64,000 nt of DNA, from the NCBI GenBank assembly GCA_963702895.1, contig OY969767.1:2660540-2724539 (forward strand), read 5' to 3'. Below, in pieces: positions 51,186 to 61,483 of this stretch. A model generated the notes under the pieces. The model saw only the letters and a list, made by a program, of their open reading frames with translations, searched no databases and was not told where the DNA came from. How positions within the stretch are numbered: the first letter of the stretch is position 1; each line of letters opens with the position of its first letter. A program made the position numbers and the translations under genes. The stretch is from an uncultured Elusimicrobia bacterium (lineage in GTDB: Bacteria; Elusimicrobiota; Elusimicrobia; 2-01-FULL-59-12).

Positions 51186-51566
51186 TTAATAGCGCCAGAG
51201 GTGAAAGCCAATGCGGAATTGGCGGCGCTCATGGAGCAACCAGCTCACGAGCGTGCTGATGGTGGAAAAAACGAGCGATCCGGCGATCGCCCAGGTATAG
51301 TTCTTGATCATGAGGCTATGAATGATGTAGCCCGCGGAAAAGAAGATCGCGGCATTGAGAAAGATGGTGAAGAGGCCGAGCGTCACAATATTGAGGGGCA
51401 GGGTGAGGAAAAGAAGCACGGGGCGCACAAAGGCATTTAACAGACCTAAAACCAAGGCCCCCAGGAGCCATGCCGTCCAATCCTTAAACCAAACCCCAGG
51501 CAAAAGCCAGCCGGTCACCAGGAGTGCCAGGGTATTCGAGACCCAACGAACGAGGAAGGATTTCAT
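51186..51566 (-). CDS. YvlD-like 4-TM membrane protein ('phage holin family')
   Basis: LLNAFVRPVL..LTLPLNIVTLGLF...NA. Confidence 0.9.
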   Translation of the reverse strand: MKSFLVRWVSNTLALLVTGWLLPGVWFKDWTAWLLGALVLGLLNAFVRPVLLFLTLPLNIVTLGLFTIFLNAAIFFSAGYIIHSLMIKNYTWAIAGSLVFSTISTLVSWLLHERRQFRIGFHLWRY

Positions 51567-52027
51567 CAAAAGAGCTCTCCTTGCATGGGCGGCTGCGGAC
51601 TCGCCCGGACTCGCGCCGCGGCCTTGGCGCGGTTAAGTGCCTGATTGAGCAACTTGTCGGCTCGTGCGATCATCGGATGTTCTCGCGGCACCTGTTTCCA
51701 GGAGACCGCTTCCAAGCCCTTCGCGGCAGATTTTACTTTTTCCGCGAGCACTTGAAGCCAAGCATCTTTGATGCGGTAGCGGCCCTGAAGCTGGAACACG
51801 AGAAGCTCACTGTCAGCGTGACAGAGCAGCTTCTTGGGCTTGAGCGACCTCGCTGTTTGCAGGGCTTTGAGCATCGCCCGGTATTCAGCCCTGTTGTTGG
51901 TCATCTCGCCAATACATTCGGCGCCTTCCTTGAGGATTTCCCCATCGGGCCGGCAGATGACATAACCAATGGCGGCGGGGCCCGGGTTGCCGCGGGCGCC
52001 GCCATCCGAGAAGGTGTGGAGAATCAC
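51566..52027 (-). CDS. Ribonuclease HI family protein
   Basis: SDGGARGNPGPA, TNNRAEY, DSEL, VPRE...AD. Confidence 0.92.
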   Translation of the reverse strand: MILHTFSDGGARGNPGPAAIGYVICRPDGEILKEGAECIGEMTNNRAEYRAMLKALQTARSLKPKKLLCHADSELLVFQLQGRYRIKDAWLQVLAEKVKSAAKGLEAVSWKQVPREHPMIARADKLLNQALNRAKAAARVRASPQPPMQGELF

Positions 52028-52044
52028 GGCAGCGCTGGGCGCAA

Positions 52045-52118
52045 AGCGAGCAGCGAGCAGCGAGCAACCGAAGAATAGAAGCTCTTCGTTGTTCGCTCTG
52101 CTCTGTTCTCTGTTCGCT
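52045..52118. repeat. Inverted heptamer microsatellite ((AGCGAGC)3 facing degenerate GTTCGCT/GTTCTCT units)
   Basis: Fills the yajQ-RNase HI gap. Confidence 0.6.
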
Positions 52119-52127
52119 GCCGCATGT

Positions 52128-52622
52128 TCATCGGTAGTTGGTGAACTGCAGGGGCAAGCCGTAATCTTTGCCGCGAAGGAATTGCATGGTGCTCTGCAGT
52201 TCGTCCTTCGACTTGCTCGTGACGCGGAGCTGGTCCCCCTGGATGGAAGCCTGGACCTTGAGCTTGGCGTCTTTGATGTCCCGAACGATCGCCTTCGCTT
52301 TTTCCGATTCGATGCCCTGCTTCATCTTGATGGGCTGGCGGACGGTGCTGCGCTCGGCGGGTTCGATCTTTTGATAGTCGAGCGCCTGCAGCGAGACGCC
52401 GCGCTTCACGAGTTTGGACTGGAGGATATCGATGACGCTTTTCAGCTTCTGCTCATCGTCCGAGAAGAGCGTCAGCATCTCCTTCTTGTCCCACTCGATG
52501 CGGGACACGCTCCCTTTAAAGTCAAAGCGCGTCTGCATCTCCTTGTTCGCCTGGTGGACCGCATTTTCCACTTCCTGCAGATTCAGTTTGGACACGACGT
52601 CGAATGAGAATTCATCAGCCAT
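52128..52622 (-). CDS. yajQ: YajQ family cyclic-di-GMP-binding protein
   Basis: SFDVVSK, RFDFKG, VQASIQGDQLRV, LQFTNYR. Confidence 0.96.
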   Translation of the reverse strand: MADEFSFDVVSKLNLQEVENAVHQANKEMQTRFDFKGSVSRIEWDKKEMLTLFSDDEQKLKSVIDILQSKLVKRGVSLQALDYQKIEPAERSTVRQPIKMKQGIESEKAKAIVRDIKDAKLKVQASIQGDQLRVTSKSKDELQSTMQFLRGKDYGLPLQFTNYR

Positions 52623-52631
52623 AGGGTTTCC

Positions 52632-53063
52632 TTATCTGAGCAGATACACGCCCGAGATGACCAGTACGATGCCACACATCTTCGACCACGTAAACGACTC
52701 TCCGAAAAAAAGGACCCCTAAGAGGAAGGCCAGCACCGGATAGGACGCCCCGATCGGAACGACTCTGGAAACCTCGCCGATCTTGAGCGCGCGGTAGAAG
52801 CAGAGTTGCCCGATGATGCTGGCGATAAGCCCGCCCAGACACAAGTAAATCCAATTGCGAAGGGTGAGATCGCTGAAGCGCCCCGCGAGTTTGGGCAAGA
52901 ACGGGACAAAGAGGAGGGCCCCGATCAAGACACCCAGCGTTCTCACGATCACGCCAATCGCGGGATCCGCCGTCCCGCGAAGGCCGGCTTTCTCAAGCAC
53001 GGGAGCAAATCCCCAGCAAAACGCAGCCAGGAGCGCCCAGCTGAAGGCGGACCAGTGGCTCAT
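52632..53063 (-). CDS. EamA family transporter (single domain)
   Basis: AFCWG...K.GL, FYRALKIGEVSRVVP, GE. Confidence 0.88.
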   Translation of the reverse strand: MSHWSAFSWALLAAFCWGFAPVLEKAGLRGTADPAIGVIVRTLGVLIGALLFVPFLPKLAGRFSDLTLRNWIYLCLGGLIASIIGQLCFYRALKIGEVSRVVPIGASYPVLAFLLGVLFFGESFTWSKMCGIVLVISGVYLLR

Positions 53064-54313
53064 AGGAGTTCCGGATGTCGCGGGCGCGGCCATAGAGATG
53101 GCGGCGCGGCGGCAAGATCCCCCACAAATTCTGCGGGGCGCTCGTCCAGGACCTTGAAGTGAAAGCGAAGGGCGTCCAGAATTCGGTGGGTTGCCTTGCC
53201 GTCTCCGTAGGGATTGACGGCATGGGCCATGCGCTCGTAGGCGCGAGGATCGGTGAGCAGTTTCTGGATGTCGCGATACACTTCTTCTTCCTCCACGCCA
53301 ATCACCTTCGCGGTGCCCGCGGCGACCGCCTCGGGGCGCTCGGTGACTTTGCGGAGCACGAGCACCGGTTTTCCCAGCGCGGGCGCTTCTTCCTGGATGC
53401 CGCCGGAATCCGTCACGACGAGATAGGCCTTCTCCAGGAGATTCACGAGATCCAGGTAATCGATCGGCGGAAGGAGGTGGATCCTGGGATGGCCGCCGAG
53501 CACCGCCTGGGCTGATTGTTGGACACGGGGATTTAAATGGACGGGATAGAGGATCGAAACCCCGGGATGGTCATCCGCAATCCGGCGAAGCGCGTGAAAG
53601 ACGTTCTCGAGCGGCGCGCCGTGGTTCTCGCGCCGGTGCGCGGTGACGAGGATCATGCGCGCGGCCGGCGGCGTCGCGCCCGTCTGCTCCTGAGGGGCGA
53701 AGAGTTTCTTGAGGGAAGGATCGGTCCAGGCATGCTCTTCTTGGATGGCGAGGGAGAGCGCATCGATCACGGTATTTCCCGTCACAAAGATCGTCTTTTT
53801 TTCGATGTTCTCCCGGAGCAGGTTCTCCTTCGCCTGGTGCGTAGGCGCAAAATGAAGGCTGCAAAGATGGTCCGTCAGGACGCGGCTGGCTTCTTCCGGG
53901 AAAGGGTTGTGCATGTCGTAAGAGCGCAGGCCCGCTTCCACATGTCCTACCGGGATGTTCTGGTAGAAAGCGGCCAGCGCCGCGGCAAACGTCGTGACGG
54001 TGTCTCCGTGCACAAGAACGATGTCCGGCTTTTCCTGCTTGAGGATCGGGGTGAGCTTGGAGATCCCCTCGGTGACCACATAGTCGAGCGTTTGGTCCTG
54101 CTGCATGATATTGAGGTCATGGTCCGACTGGATATGGAAGAGCTCCATGACTTGATCGAGCATCCTGCGGTGCTGAGCGGTGAGCACCACCACGGTTTTG
54201 AAATCCTCCGGGCGCTGTACAAGAGAGCGGCAAACAGGGGCCATTTTGATGGCTTCGGGTCTTGTGCCAAAGACCGTCATCACTTTCAGAGGCGACGCCC
54301 TCTTGACGGCCAT
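53060..54313 (-). CDS. wecB: UDP-N-acetylglucosamine 2-epimerase (non-hydrolysing)
   Basis: FGTRPEAIKMAP, VHGDT, HVEAGLRS, HRREN, DSGGIQEEA, NPYGDG. Confidence 0.96.
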   Translation of the reverse strand: MAVKRASPLKVMTVFGTRPEAIKMAPVCRSLVQRPEDFKTVVVLTAQHRRMLDQVMELFHIQSDHDLNIMQQDQTLDYVVTEGISKLTPILKQEKPDIVLVHGDTVTTFAAALAAFYQNIPVGHVEAGLRSYDMHNPFPEEASRVLTDHLCSLHFAPTHQAKENLLRENIEKKTIFVTGNTVIDALSLAIQEEHAWTDPSLKKLFAPQEQTGATPPAARMILVTAHRRENHGAPLENVFHALRRIADDHPGVSILYPVHLNPRVQQSAQAVLGGHPRIHLLPPIDYLDLVNLLEKAYLVVTDSGGIQEEAPALGKPVLVLRKVTERPEAVAAGTAKVIGVEEEEVYRDIQKLLTDPRAYERMAHAVNPYGDGKATHRILDALRFHFKVLDERPAEFVGDLAAAPPSLWPRPRHPELL

Positions 54314-54316
54314 CCC

Positions 54317-55363
54317 TCAGGCTCCCTTCACAATGGCGAGGAAAATCGCGCCCACCGAAAGGATCAGCGTCAGCACATAGACCAGCAAAACGACCTCGCG
54401 GGCCGTCCAACCCCGGGCGATGAGGCGGTGATGGAGGTGCTCCTTGTCGGGCTCCATCAGTCGGTGCCCTTTCTTATAGCGGCGGATCATCGCCAGGCTG
54501 ACATCGATGACCGGCAGGGCCACCACAATGACGGGGATCATGACGGAGAGCACCGCCGTGGTCTTGAGCGTTCCAATGACCGTGATCGCGCCGAGTAAAA
54601 AACCGATTCCGAGCGCGCCGCCGTCACCCATAAATACTTTAGCGGGCGAAAAATTATAGGGCAAAAACCCGAGGCAACTGCCGGCGAGGATGGCCGAGAG
54701 GACCCCGGCCAACTTCAGTTGTTTAGCGATATACGGGGTGATGGTCTCTCCCTGAATGATCGCCACAGCCAGAAACGTCGCCGAAGCGATGCAAGCAAGG
54801 CCCGCCGCCAGTCCGTCGAGACCATCCGCCAGGTTAATGGCGTTCATAAAGCCAATCACCCAAAAGACGGTGATGATCTGTGAGACAAGGATAGGGAACT
54901 GGGCGTAATCCAAAAACGGGAGCTGCAGTCCCATAATCTGGACGCCGTAGTTCAGCGCGACGAGCGATGCGATGATTTGGGTCAACAGTTTGGGCAAAGC
55001 CGCCACGCCCTTGCGGTCATCCTGCATCCCCAAAAACGTCACAAAGGTGAGTCCGACGAGAATGCCAGCCAGCTGCTTATTGAGGCTGACCACATTGAGC
55101 AGTTCACCTTCTCGATAGATGGAGTATCGGTAATCTAAGAGTTGTCGGAATCGAGGGAAGCCGATATAGGTCCCGAGAAGCCCGACGAGGATGCCGATGT
55201 AGATACCCAGGCCGCCCCAGCGGGGAATGGGGGTTTGGTGAACCTTACGGGCATCCGGGTAATCCAGAACACCCAAGCGCCGAGAAAGCCAGATGGCAAA
55301 AGGCGTGGCCGTGAAACTGGAAGCGCAAGCGACAATAAAAGCGGCGAGATAGATGGTTCCCAT
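54317..55363 (-). CDS. Undecaprenyl-phosphate GlcNAc-1-phosphate transferase (WecA/TagO, MraY family)
   Basis: RKVH..PIPRWGG, DD, NAINLADGLDGL, FMGDGG, HLHH. Confidence 0.92.
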   Translation of the reverse strand: MGTIYLAAFIVACASSFTATPFAIWLSRRLGVLDYPDARKVHQTPIPRWGGLGIYIGILVGLLGTYIGFPRFRQLLDYRYSIYREGELLNVVSLNKQLAGILVGLTFVTFLGMQDDRKGVAALPKLLTQIIASLVALNYGVQIMGLQLPFLDYAQFPILVSQIITVFWVIGFMNAINLADGLDGLAAGLACIASATFLAVAIIQGETITPYIAKQLKLAGVLSAILAGSCLGFLPYNFSPAKVFMGDGGALGIGFLLGAITVIGTLKTTAVLSVMIPVIVVALPVIDVSLAMIRRYKKGHRLMEPDKEHLHHRLIARGWTAREVVLLVYVLTLILSVGAIFLAIVKGA

Positions 55364-55455
55364 GCTAGCGGTTGTCCGAGCTCCGACGTCCGAGGTCCAA
55401 CCGGGAAAATCCTGTTGAACGCAGTATCTGGACAGAAACGTCGGGATTTCTTTGC

Positions 55456-55576
55456 GCCGTCATCCCGGCGAAAGCCGGCCCTCCACACATCCGGCGGGCC
55501 GGGTCGCCGGTCTTGTGGAGACCCGGGATCCATGGTTCCCCGATTGCTGGACCCCGGTTTTCACCGGGGTGACGGC
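55456..55576. repeat. GTCAYCCCGGC-type element, copy 3, with nested 48-nt insert
   Basis: GCCGTCATCCCGGCGAAAGCCGG...CCGGGGTGACGGC. Confidence 0.8.
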
Positions 55577-55606
55577 TTAATGGCATGCTGAATGTTAGAC
55601 GGGGAT

Positions 55607-56860
55607 TCACGCTCGCAAGCGCTCCCGATACATGGGGAACTTCAAGCAAAGCGCTTTCACCTCCGCCTTGATCTTCACGAGTTCTTTCGGATTCTGATGG
55701 TGGGTGATCGCGCGGTTGATCCAGGCGGCGATCTTCACCATGTCCTTCTCTTTCAGTCCGCGCGTTGTGACAGCGGGTGTGCCGATGCGTATGCCCGAGG
55801 CGATAAACGGCTTCTCCGGGTCAAAGGGGATCGCGTTCTTGTTGACGGTGATGCCGGCATGATCCAGGGCCTCTTCGGCGGCCTTGCCTGTGATCGCTTT
55901 CGGGCGCAGGTCCACGAGGAACATATGGCAGTCTGTCCCGCCCGTCACAATCCGGAAACCCAGGGCGGCCAGTTCCTTGGCCAACGCTTCCGCGTTGTTC
56001 TTCACTTGCTGTTGATAAACCTTAAAAGAGGGCTTCAGGGCCTCCCCGAAAGCGACCGCCTTGGCCGCGATCACATGCATCAGCGGCCCCCCCTGGGAGC
56101 CCGGGAACACGAACTTGTCGATCGCTTGGGCATATTGGGCTTTGCACAGGATGATGCCGGAGCGCGGACCGCGCAGCGTTTTGTGGGTGGTCGTCGTGAC
56201 AAAATCCGCGTACGGCACCGGGGAAGGGTAGAGCCCCGCGGCAATGAGGCCGGCGTAATGGGCGATGTCGGCCATGTAGAGCGCGCCCGCTTTGTCACAG
56301 ATGGCGCGGAAACGCGCCCAATCGAAAGTGCGGGCGTAAGCGGAAGCCCCCACACAGATCAGTTTGGGATGGTGTTCGAGGGCGAGGCGCTCCGCCTCTT
56401 CATAGTCGACGAGCTCAGACTCCTGGTCGACATTGAATCCCACCACCTTGAAATATTTTCCGGAAAAGTTCATCGGGTGGCCGTGTGTGAGATGCCCGCC
56501 ATGGGCAAGGTTGAGCCCCATGAGGGTATCGCCGATCGTCATCATCGACAAGAAGACCGCCATGTTGGCGGAGCTGCCGGAATGGGGCTGGACGTTCGCA
56601 TGTTCGGCCCCAAAGAGTTTCTTGGCCCGTTCAATGGCAAGGGATTCCGCCTTATCGACCTGCTCGCAGCCGCCGTAGTAGCGTTTGCCGGGGTAGCCTT
56701 CCGCGTATTTGTTGGTGAGGACGCTGCCCTGGGCTTCCAGGACGGCTTCGGACGCCATATTTTCGGAGGCAATGAGCTCGAGGGTCCAGGCTTGGCGACG
56801 GGTTTCTCCCAGTATGACTTTGTAGACAGCGGGATCTTGTATTTTCAGGATACTTTTCAC
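55607..56860 (-). CDS. glyA: Serine hydroxymethyltransferase
   Basis: [38 protein letters not shown]. Confidence 0.98.
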   Translation of the reverse strand: MKSILKIQDPAVYKVILGETRRQAWTLELIASENMASEAVLEAQGSVLTNKYAEGYPGKRYYGGCEQVDKAESLAIERAKKLFGAEHANVQPHSGSSANMAVFLSMMTIGDTLMGLNLAHGGHLTHGHPMNFSGKYFKVVGFNVDQESELVDYEEAERLALEHHPKLICVGASAYARTFDWARFRAICDKAGALYMADIAHYAGLIAAGLYPSPVPYADFVTTTTHKTLRGPRSGIILCKAQYAQAIDKFVFPGSQGGPLMHVIAAKAVAFGEALKPSFKVYQQQVKNNAEALAKELAALGFRIVTGGTDCHMFLVDLRPKAITGKAAEEALDHAGITVNKNAIPFDPEKPFIASGIRIGTPAVTTRGLKEKDMVKIAAWINRAITHHQNPKELVKIKAEVKALCLKFPMYRERLRA

Positions 56861-57315
56861 AGCTTGGAACTCCCTTCAGATTTCAACTCAGCGATCAAAT
56901 CCAGCAAAGCATTTTGGATGTCTATTCTACACTTCTCATAGTCGCTTGGCGAACCGCCGATCGGGTCGGCAATGGGGGCCTCGCCAAGCAGCCGGGCTTT
57001 GTGCTGGGCGTCAGGGAAACGCTGGACGATCGTCTTCAGATGTTCGGGTGTCATTGTCAAAATGAGCGTCGCTCTTTCGATGTCCTGGCGCGTGAGCTCG
57101 CGGGACTTGTGAGGACCGGCCTGGATGCCGATCTGGAGTAGCGCTTCCCGCGCGAGTTCCGACATCGGCATTCCATCGCGAGCGCTCACGCCGCGGGAAA
57201 CGATCTCAGACCCTTCCAAGCCTTGCGCTTGAAGCATCTGTCTGAGCAAGGCCTCCGCCATGGGGCTGCGGCATGTGTTGCCTGTGCACACAAAAAGGAT
57301 GGAGGGTTTCTTCAT
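56857..57315 (-). CDS. Low-molecular-weight protein phosphatase (YwlE-like)
   Basis: [19 protein letters not shown]. Confidence 0.92.
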   Translation of the reverse strand: MKKPSILFVCTGNTCRSPMAEALLRQMLQAQGLEGSEIVSRGVSARDGMPMSELAREALLQIGIQAGPHKSRELTRQDIERATLILTMTPEHLKTIVQRFPDAQHKARLLGEAPIADPIGGSPSDYEKCRIDIQNALLDLIAELKSEGSSKL

Positions 57316-57389
57316 GAACAGATTATGCCAAATAGGGATGTCTGTCTCTTTTGAGATCCGAGCGTCGATTAGGTATAACGTGAATCACC

Positions 57390-57770
57390 GTGGTGAAGGG
57401 ATCCAAGATCATTTTGGCCGTGGATGACGATCCGTTTATTCTGGACTACGTGTCCCGGTTCCTGAAGTCCAAGGGATGCCAGGTCATAGCGACCACAGAC
57501 CCGGAAAATGTCATGAAACTGGCTGTGGAGCAAAAGCCCGACCTGATCATTTCAGACCTGGCGATGCCCGGCATGGACGGCATGACCCTCCTGAAGACGC
57601 TCAAGGATAATCCCGCGACGGGGGCCATTCCGCTGGTTCTTCTCACGAGCTCCAGCCGCATCGATGATGTGACGGAAGGCCTTGGTTCCGGGGCCGAGGC
57701 CTATCTGCATAAGCCCCTCGATTGGGAACGCGACTGGCCCAAACTGCAGGAAATCCTTTTGGGGTTGTGA
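57390..57770 (+). CDS. Single-domain response regulator
   Basis: AVDDD, SDLAMPGMDG, LLTS, HKP. Confidence 0.9.
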   Translation: MVKGSKIILAVDDDPFILDYVSRFLKSKGCQVIATTDPENVMKLAVEQKPDLIISDLAMPGMDGMTLLKTLKDNPATGAIPLVLLTSSSRIDDVTEGLGSGAEAYLHKPLDWERDWPKLQEILLGL

Positions 57771-58717
57771 TGCCACTGTTTACGCTGCGCATAGTGCGGA
57801 TGGCGCTCCTTGTTCTTCTGGCTGTTCCCTCGGGTGCCTTGGCCAAAATCCAGTTTGTGAAGCGCGAACTCTTTCGCATTCCTTTTGGGGACCCCAAAGA
57901 GTCGCTGGGGTCCAAAGTCGTGGATGGCCAACTCCTCATCCCTCGAAACTTTTCCCTGGATGGTTCTGGAAATTTCTATATCAACGATGCCAACCGGCAC
58001 CGGATCGTGCGGTATTCCTGGAGGGGAGCTTACCAGATGAGCCTCCAGTATCCGGCCACCGCCCGGCAAGTCTTTGCCCAGCCTGATGGACAGAACAATC
58101 TGTGGCTTTTGATCAGCGACCCCGTAAGGGGCTTCTACTACGGTGTTTATGACTCTGGAGGCAAGCGTCTTCGCGAAGGAGTTTTTGCTCAGTACAACCA
58201 TTTTCGTCTCCATGTGGACGACGCGCGCGTGCTTCATCTCTTGTTGTCCAACGAAAAGCGTCCACAGGAGGTCCATCTCTTCGTGCTTGACCAGAAGAGT
58301 TTTCTCTTAAAGAAAATCAAAGCGGCCAAGCCTCCGGAGGAACACCATCACCTCACGACCCTGGAGCGTTCTTATTTCATTGATCCTGTCCCGACCCATG
58401 CCAAGCAGGATTCCGATCGGCGGGCAAAAATTACAGACGCCTCGCACCAAACGGTGGGCACCTTGAAAGGGCGGGTGGTCTACGTGACGGATCCAGGCGA
58501 AATCTATACGCGCGTCGGAGAGTGTCGCTTCGAGATCTATAGTTTAAAAGGAGCTTTAACGGGAGAGGTTCAACTCGAGGCCCTCTCGCCCACCTGTGCC
58601 GGCGCCCGCTTTGATCCGCAAGGCCATATTTATCTTCTGGATGGCATCCCTGATGCATCGGGCCAATACAGCGACCAGATGCCCGGCATGCGTCTCATGA
58701 TTTGGGAGCGCCGCTAA
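57770..58717 (+). CDS. Hypothetical exported protein (beta-propeller-like)
   Basis: TGATG overlap with the regulator; signal peptide; NHL-like DGSGNFYINDANRHRI. Confidence 0.65.
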   Translation: MPLFTLRIVRMALLVLLAVPSGALAKIQFVKRELFRIPFGDPKESLGSKVVDGQLLIPRNFSLDGSGNFYINDANRHRIVRYSWRGAYQMSLQYPATARQVFAQPDGQNNLWLLISDPVRGFYYGVYDSGGKRLREGVFAQYNHFRLHVDDARVLHLLLSNEKRPQEVHLFVLDQKSFLLKKIKAAKPPEEHHHLTTLERSYFIDPVPTHAKQDSDRRAKITDASHQTVGTLKGRVVYVTDPGEIYTRVGECRFEIYSLKGALTGEVQLEALSPTCAGARFDPQGHIYLLDGIPDASGQYSDQMPGMRLMIWERR

Positions 58718-58734
58718 CCGGGAGGTCTGGCAAG

Positions 58735-58797
58735 GCCGTCACCCCGGCGAAAGCCGGGGTCTATCATGATGGATCCCGGCGTTCGCCGGGATGACGG
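58735..58797. repeat. GTCAYCCCGGC-type element, copy 4 (minimal form)
   Basis: GCCGTCACCCCGGCGAAAGCCGGGGTCTA-TCATGA-TGGATCCCGGCGTTCGCCGGGATGACGG between convergent genes. Confidence 0.85.
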
Positions 58798-58805
58798 TGA
58801 AGCCG

Positions 58806-59393
58806 TCAGTTGAGCCAGCGAAGGCCACGCTTGATTTCAACCCATTCTTTCTCAGCGTCTGCCCACGATTCGACCGGGGCTGAGAAGCTCACGCGGTAAA
58901 GGGACTTGCCATGGGTGGAGAAGTGGCTCTCATCGATGCGTCCGTCTTCCGCAATCCCTTTAATCAAAACCCCTTTTCGGCTGGCCAAGGTCACAGAAGC
59001 TTTCTTCTGGATCGTGGGATAAAGAGGCGTCAGGGTCTCCGCGCTCACATAGCTCTCAAAGGGCCCTTCGAGAGGGGCCCGGATCACGGCGAAGGTGACG
59101 AGCGGCAACCGGGATAGCGTGAAGCTGATCGTACCGACATCCTCCGCCTCTTTGAATTCCATCACCGTCCATTCTGGCTTCACGCGCAGGCGGACTTCGA
59201 CAATCCGGTTCTCATAGAAGCGCCATGCCTTGTCTTGGGGGTCCTGTTCCGTGAACGAGAGCGGGCGCGTGGAAGTCATTCCTGGGTTCGGAGGGGCCTC
59301 TTCAGGCGGCGGAGGCTCCGGGATCTCTATTTTCGCGGACTCTGCCAGAACCAAAGAGGGCAGAAGAAGCAGTATGAAGAAGCGGATTCTCAT
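58806..59393 (-). CDS. Hypothetical exported protein (PsbP-like fold possible)
   Basis: Signal peptide VLA|E; ATGA-coupled to tsaC. Confidence 0.7.
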   Translation of the reverse strand: MRIRFFILLLLPSLVLAESAKIEIPEPPPPEEAPPNPGMTSTRPLSFTEQDPQDKAWRFYENRIVEVRLRVKPEWTVMEFKEAEDVGTISFTLSRLPLVTFAVIRAPLEGPFESYVSAETLTPLYPTIQKKASVTLASRKGVLIKGIAEDGRIDESHFSTHGKSLYRVSFSAPVESWADAEKEWVEIKRGLRWLN

Positions 59394-60067
59394 GAGAACA
59401 CCACCTTTTCCAGGACGGACTTCGGCAGAGCCCCTTCCCGAATGATGGTGAAGGGATAGTGAGAAAGGTCCACAACGGAAGAGGCGGTTTTCACCCTGCA
59501 GGTGCCCTCCTCCACAACGGCATCCACTTGTTTCCCGAAGAGCTTGACCGCGGCAGCGCCCGTGATGGCGGGTTTCTCGCCAGAACGATTGACGCTGGTC
59601 GTGGCCAGAGGCAGCCCCACTTTCTTCAGGATTGCAAGCGCCACAGGGTGGTTGGGGACCCTCAAGCCGATCGTGCGCAAACCTCCCGTCACAAGCCGCC
59701 CCAGCGTGGAAGCTTCCAGCACCAAGGTCAAAGGGCCCGGCCAGAACCGGTCCGCCAGACGTCGCGCTTCGACGGGGATGTTCTCGACGAACGGCCTCGC
59801 CGCTTCGAGCGACGGCAAAAGAAGCGCGAGCGGCTTCCGGTCACGGCGGCCTTTCAAAGCGTAGATCCGGCGGATCCCTCCGAGCGAAAAAACACTCGTC
59901 CCCATGCCGTAAACGGTTTCCGTCGGGAAAATCACCACGCCGCCTGCGCGAAGCGCTGCGACGGCCCGTCCGACGTCCGAGGTCCGACGTCGAGAATCTG
60001 TTGCCGGACGTCGAACGTCGCACGTCGGACGTCTGTTAGGTCCGGTAGCGCGCGTTGATATCGACAT
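59390..60067 (-). CDS. tsaC: L-threonylcarbamoyladenylate synthase (YrdC domain); start uncertain
   Basis: FPTETVYG, KGR...KPL, FWPGPLT, LRVP, TSVNRSG, SSVVD. Confidence 0.9.
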   Translation of the reverse strand: MSISTRATGPNRRPTCDVRRPATDSRRRTSDVGRAVAALRAGGVVIFPTETVYGMGTSVFSLGGIRRIYALKGRRDRKPLALLLPSLEAARPFVENIPVEARRLADRFWPGPLTLVLEASTLGRLVTGGLRTIGLRVPNHPVALAILKKVGLPLATTSVNRSGEKPAITGAAAVKLFGKQVDAVVEEGTCRVKTASSVVDLSHYPFTIIREGALPKSVLEKVVFS

Positions 60068-61256
60068 ATTGGCCGGTGAAGTCACAGGTCCAGTAAAAGC
60101 CTTCCGCTTGGCCGGCATGGAGCTTGATGCGGAGGGTGACCTTCTTGGCCTTGAGAGGCTCCCGGGCCTTTTCCGCGGAGACCGGCGTCGGAGCGCCTTG
60201 ACGGAAGACGCACAAGTCTCCGAAGGAAATGTCCGCTTTGGAGGGATCAAAGCGGACGCCGGAGCGACCCATGGCGGCGAGTATTCTTCCCCAGTTGGAA
60301 TCTTCTCCGTAAGCGGCCGTTTTGACGAGCGGCGAGGTGGCGACGGTCATCGCCATCTTTTGGGCTTGGGCGAGCGTGCGGGCGCCTTCGACACGGATTT
60401 CGAGGAATTTGCTCGCTCCTTCTCCATCTTGGGCGATCTTTTTGGAGAGTTCGATGCAGATCTTTCGGAGAGCTTTGAAAAAAGCTTTCTGATCCGCTGC
60501 CGTGCGCAAGCTTGCGCCCGAGGCGCCATTGGCGAGCAGGAAAACACTGTCATTGGTGGACATATCGCCGTCGACCGTAACGCGGTTAAAGCTTTCATCG
60601 GAGGCTTTGGCCAAAAGGGGCCGCAGCTCCTCGGCCGACGCCTCAAGATCCGTGAGAAGAAAGGCAAGCATGGTGGCGTGAGGCTTGCCCGTGAGCGTCA
60701 CTTGGGGATGAATCATGCCGGCGCCTTTGCAGCAGCCCCAAAGGCGAACGGTCGTTCCGCCGATCCTCATTTCCGCATGCGCCATCTTGACCGTGGTGTC
60801 GGTCGTCAGGATGGCTTCAGCCGCTTTATGAAAGGAGTGGTAAAGGGTTCCCTGCTCGCCGAGGAGCTTTCGAGAAAGCATCGGGATCTCTTCCGATAAA
60901 AGATCCATGGGCATGAAATCGCCGATGACGCCCGTGGAGGCGATCAGGATCTCCCCCTCCGGCACGCCGAGCGCTTGGGAGGCCCACGTGATCGTCTGCC
61001 GGGCTTCCCGCACGCCGCGCGCGCCCGTGCAGCAGTTGGCGCAGCCCGAGTTCACCATGAGGACGCGCGCGCGGCCCTTCTTCAGGCGCTCCTGATCGAG
61101 CGGGATATGCACGCACTTCACGATGTTCGTCGTAAAGCAGGCAGCCGCCTGCGCGGGTGTCTCAGAATAGAAAAGGGCCAGACCGTGCCGGCTCGGGCGC
61201 GGCCGGTCATGCCGCGGCAGTCCCGCGGCGCGGTACCCGAGAGGAAGTTGGCTCAT
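60036..61256 (-). CDS. argJ: Bifunctional ornithine acetyltransferase/N-acetylglutamate synthase
   Basis: NSGCAN, STGVIG, TTDT, KGAGMIHP, ATML, DGDMSTND, DGEGA, NWGRI, YVDINA.Y. Confidence 0.95.
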   Translation of the reverse strand: MSQLPLGYRAAGLPRHDRPRPSRHGLALFYSETPAQAAACFTTNIVKCVHIPLDQERLKKGRARVLMVNSGCANCCTGARGVREARQTITWASQALGVPEGEILIASTGVIGDFMPMDLLSEEIPMLSRKLLGEQGTLYHSFHKAAEAILTTDTTVKMAHAEMRIGGTTVRLWGCCKGAGMIHPQVTLTGKPHATMLAFLLTDLEASAEELRPLLAKASDESFNRVTVDGDMSTNDSVFLLANGASGASLRTAADQKAFFKALRKICIELSKKIAQDGEGASKFLEIRVEGARTLAQAQKMAMTVATSPLVKTAAYGEDSNWGRILAAMGRSGVRFDPSKADISFGDLCVFRQGAPTPVSAEKAREPLKAKKVTLRIKLHAGQAEGFYWTCDFTGQYVDINARYRT

Positions 61257-61483
61257 AGAGGGGCATTTTAACGCATTTCGTCGGGGATAGCCATTCATGT
61301 GACTCGGCCTTCACACGCACGTACCCGCTTCCACAATTACAAATCATAATCAGGGGCGGTCCTAACTGATTACCCTTTTTTGCTGCGATGGCTCATGTCT
61401 CGCCCCGCCCGTCTGGATGCCGCTGACAAGAAATCGGAAGTACAACGACAGTTTAAGACGGCGGGCATGGCTTGCGGGAGCTG

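Noticed and set aside
51186..51566. Prophage, suggested by the 'phage holin family' gene
   Set aside because: YvlD-like chromosomal family among housekeeping genes, with no other phage genes.
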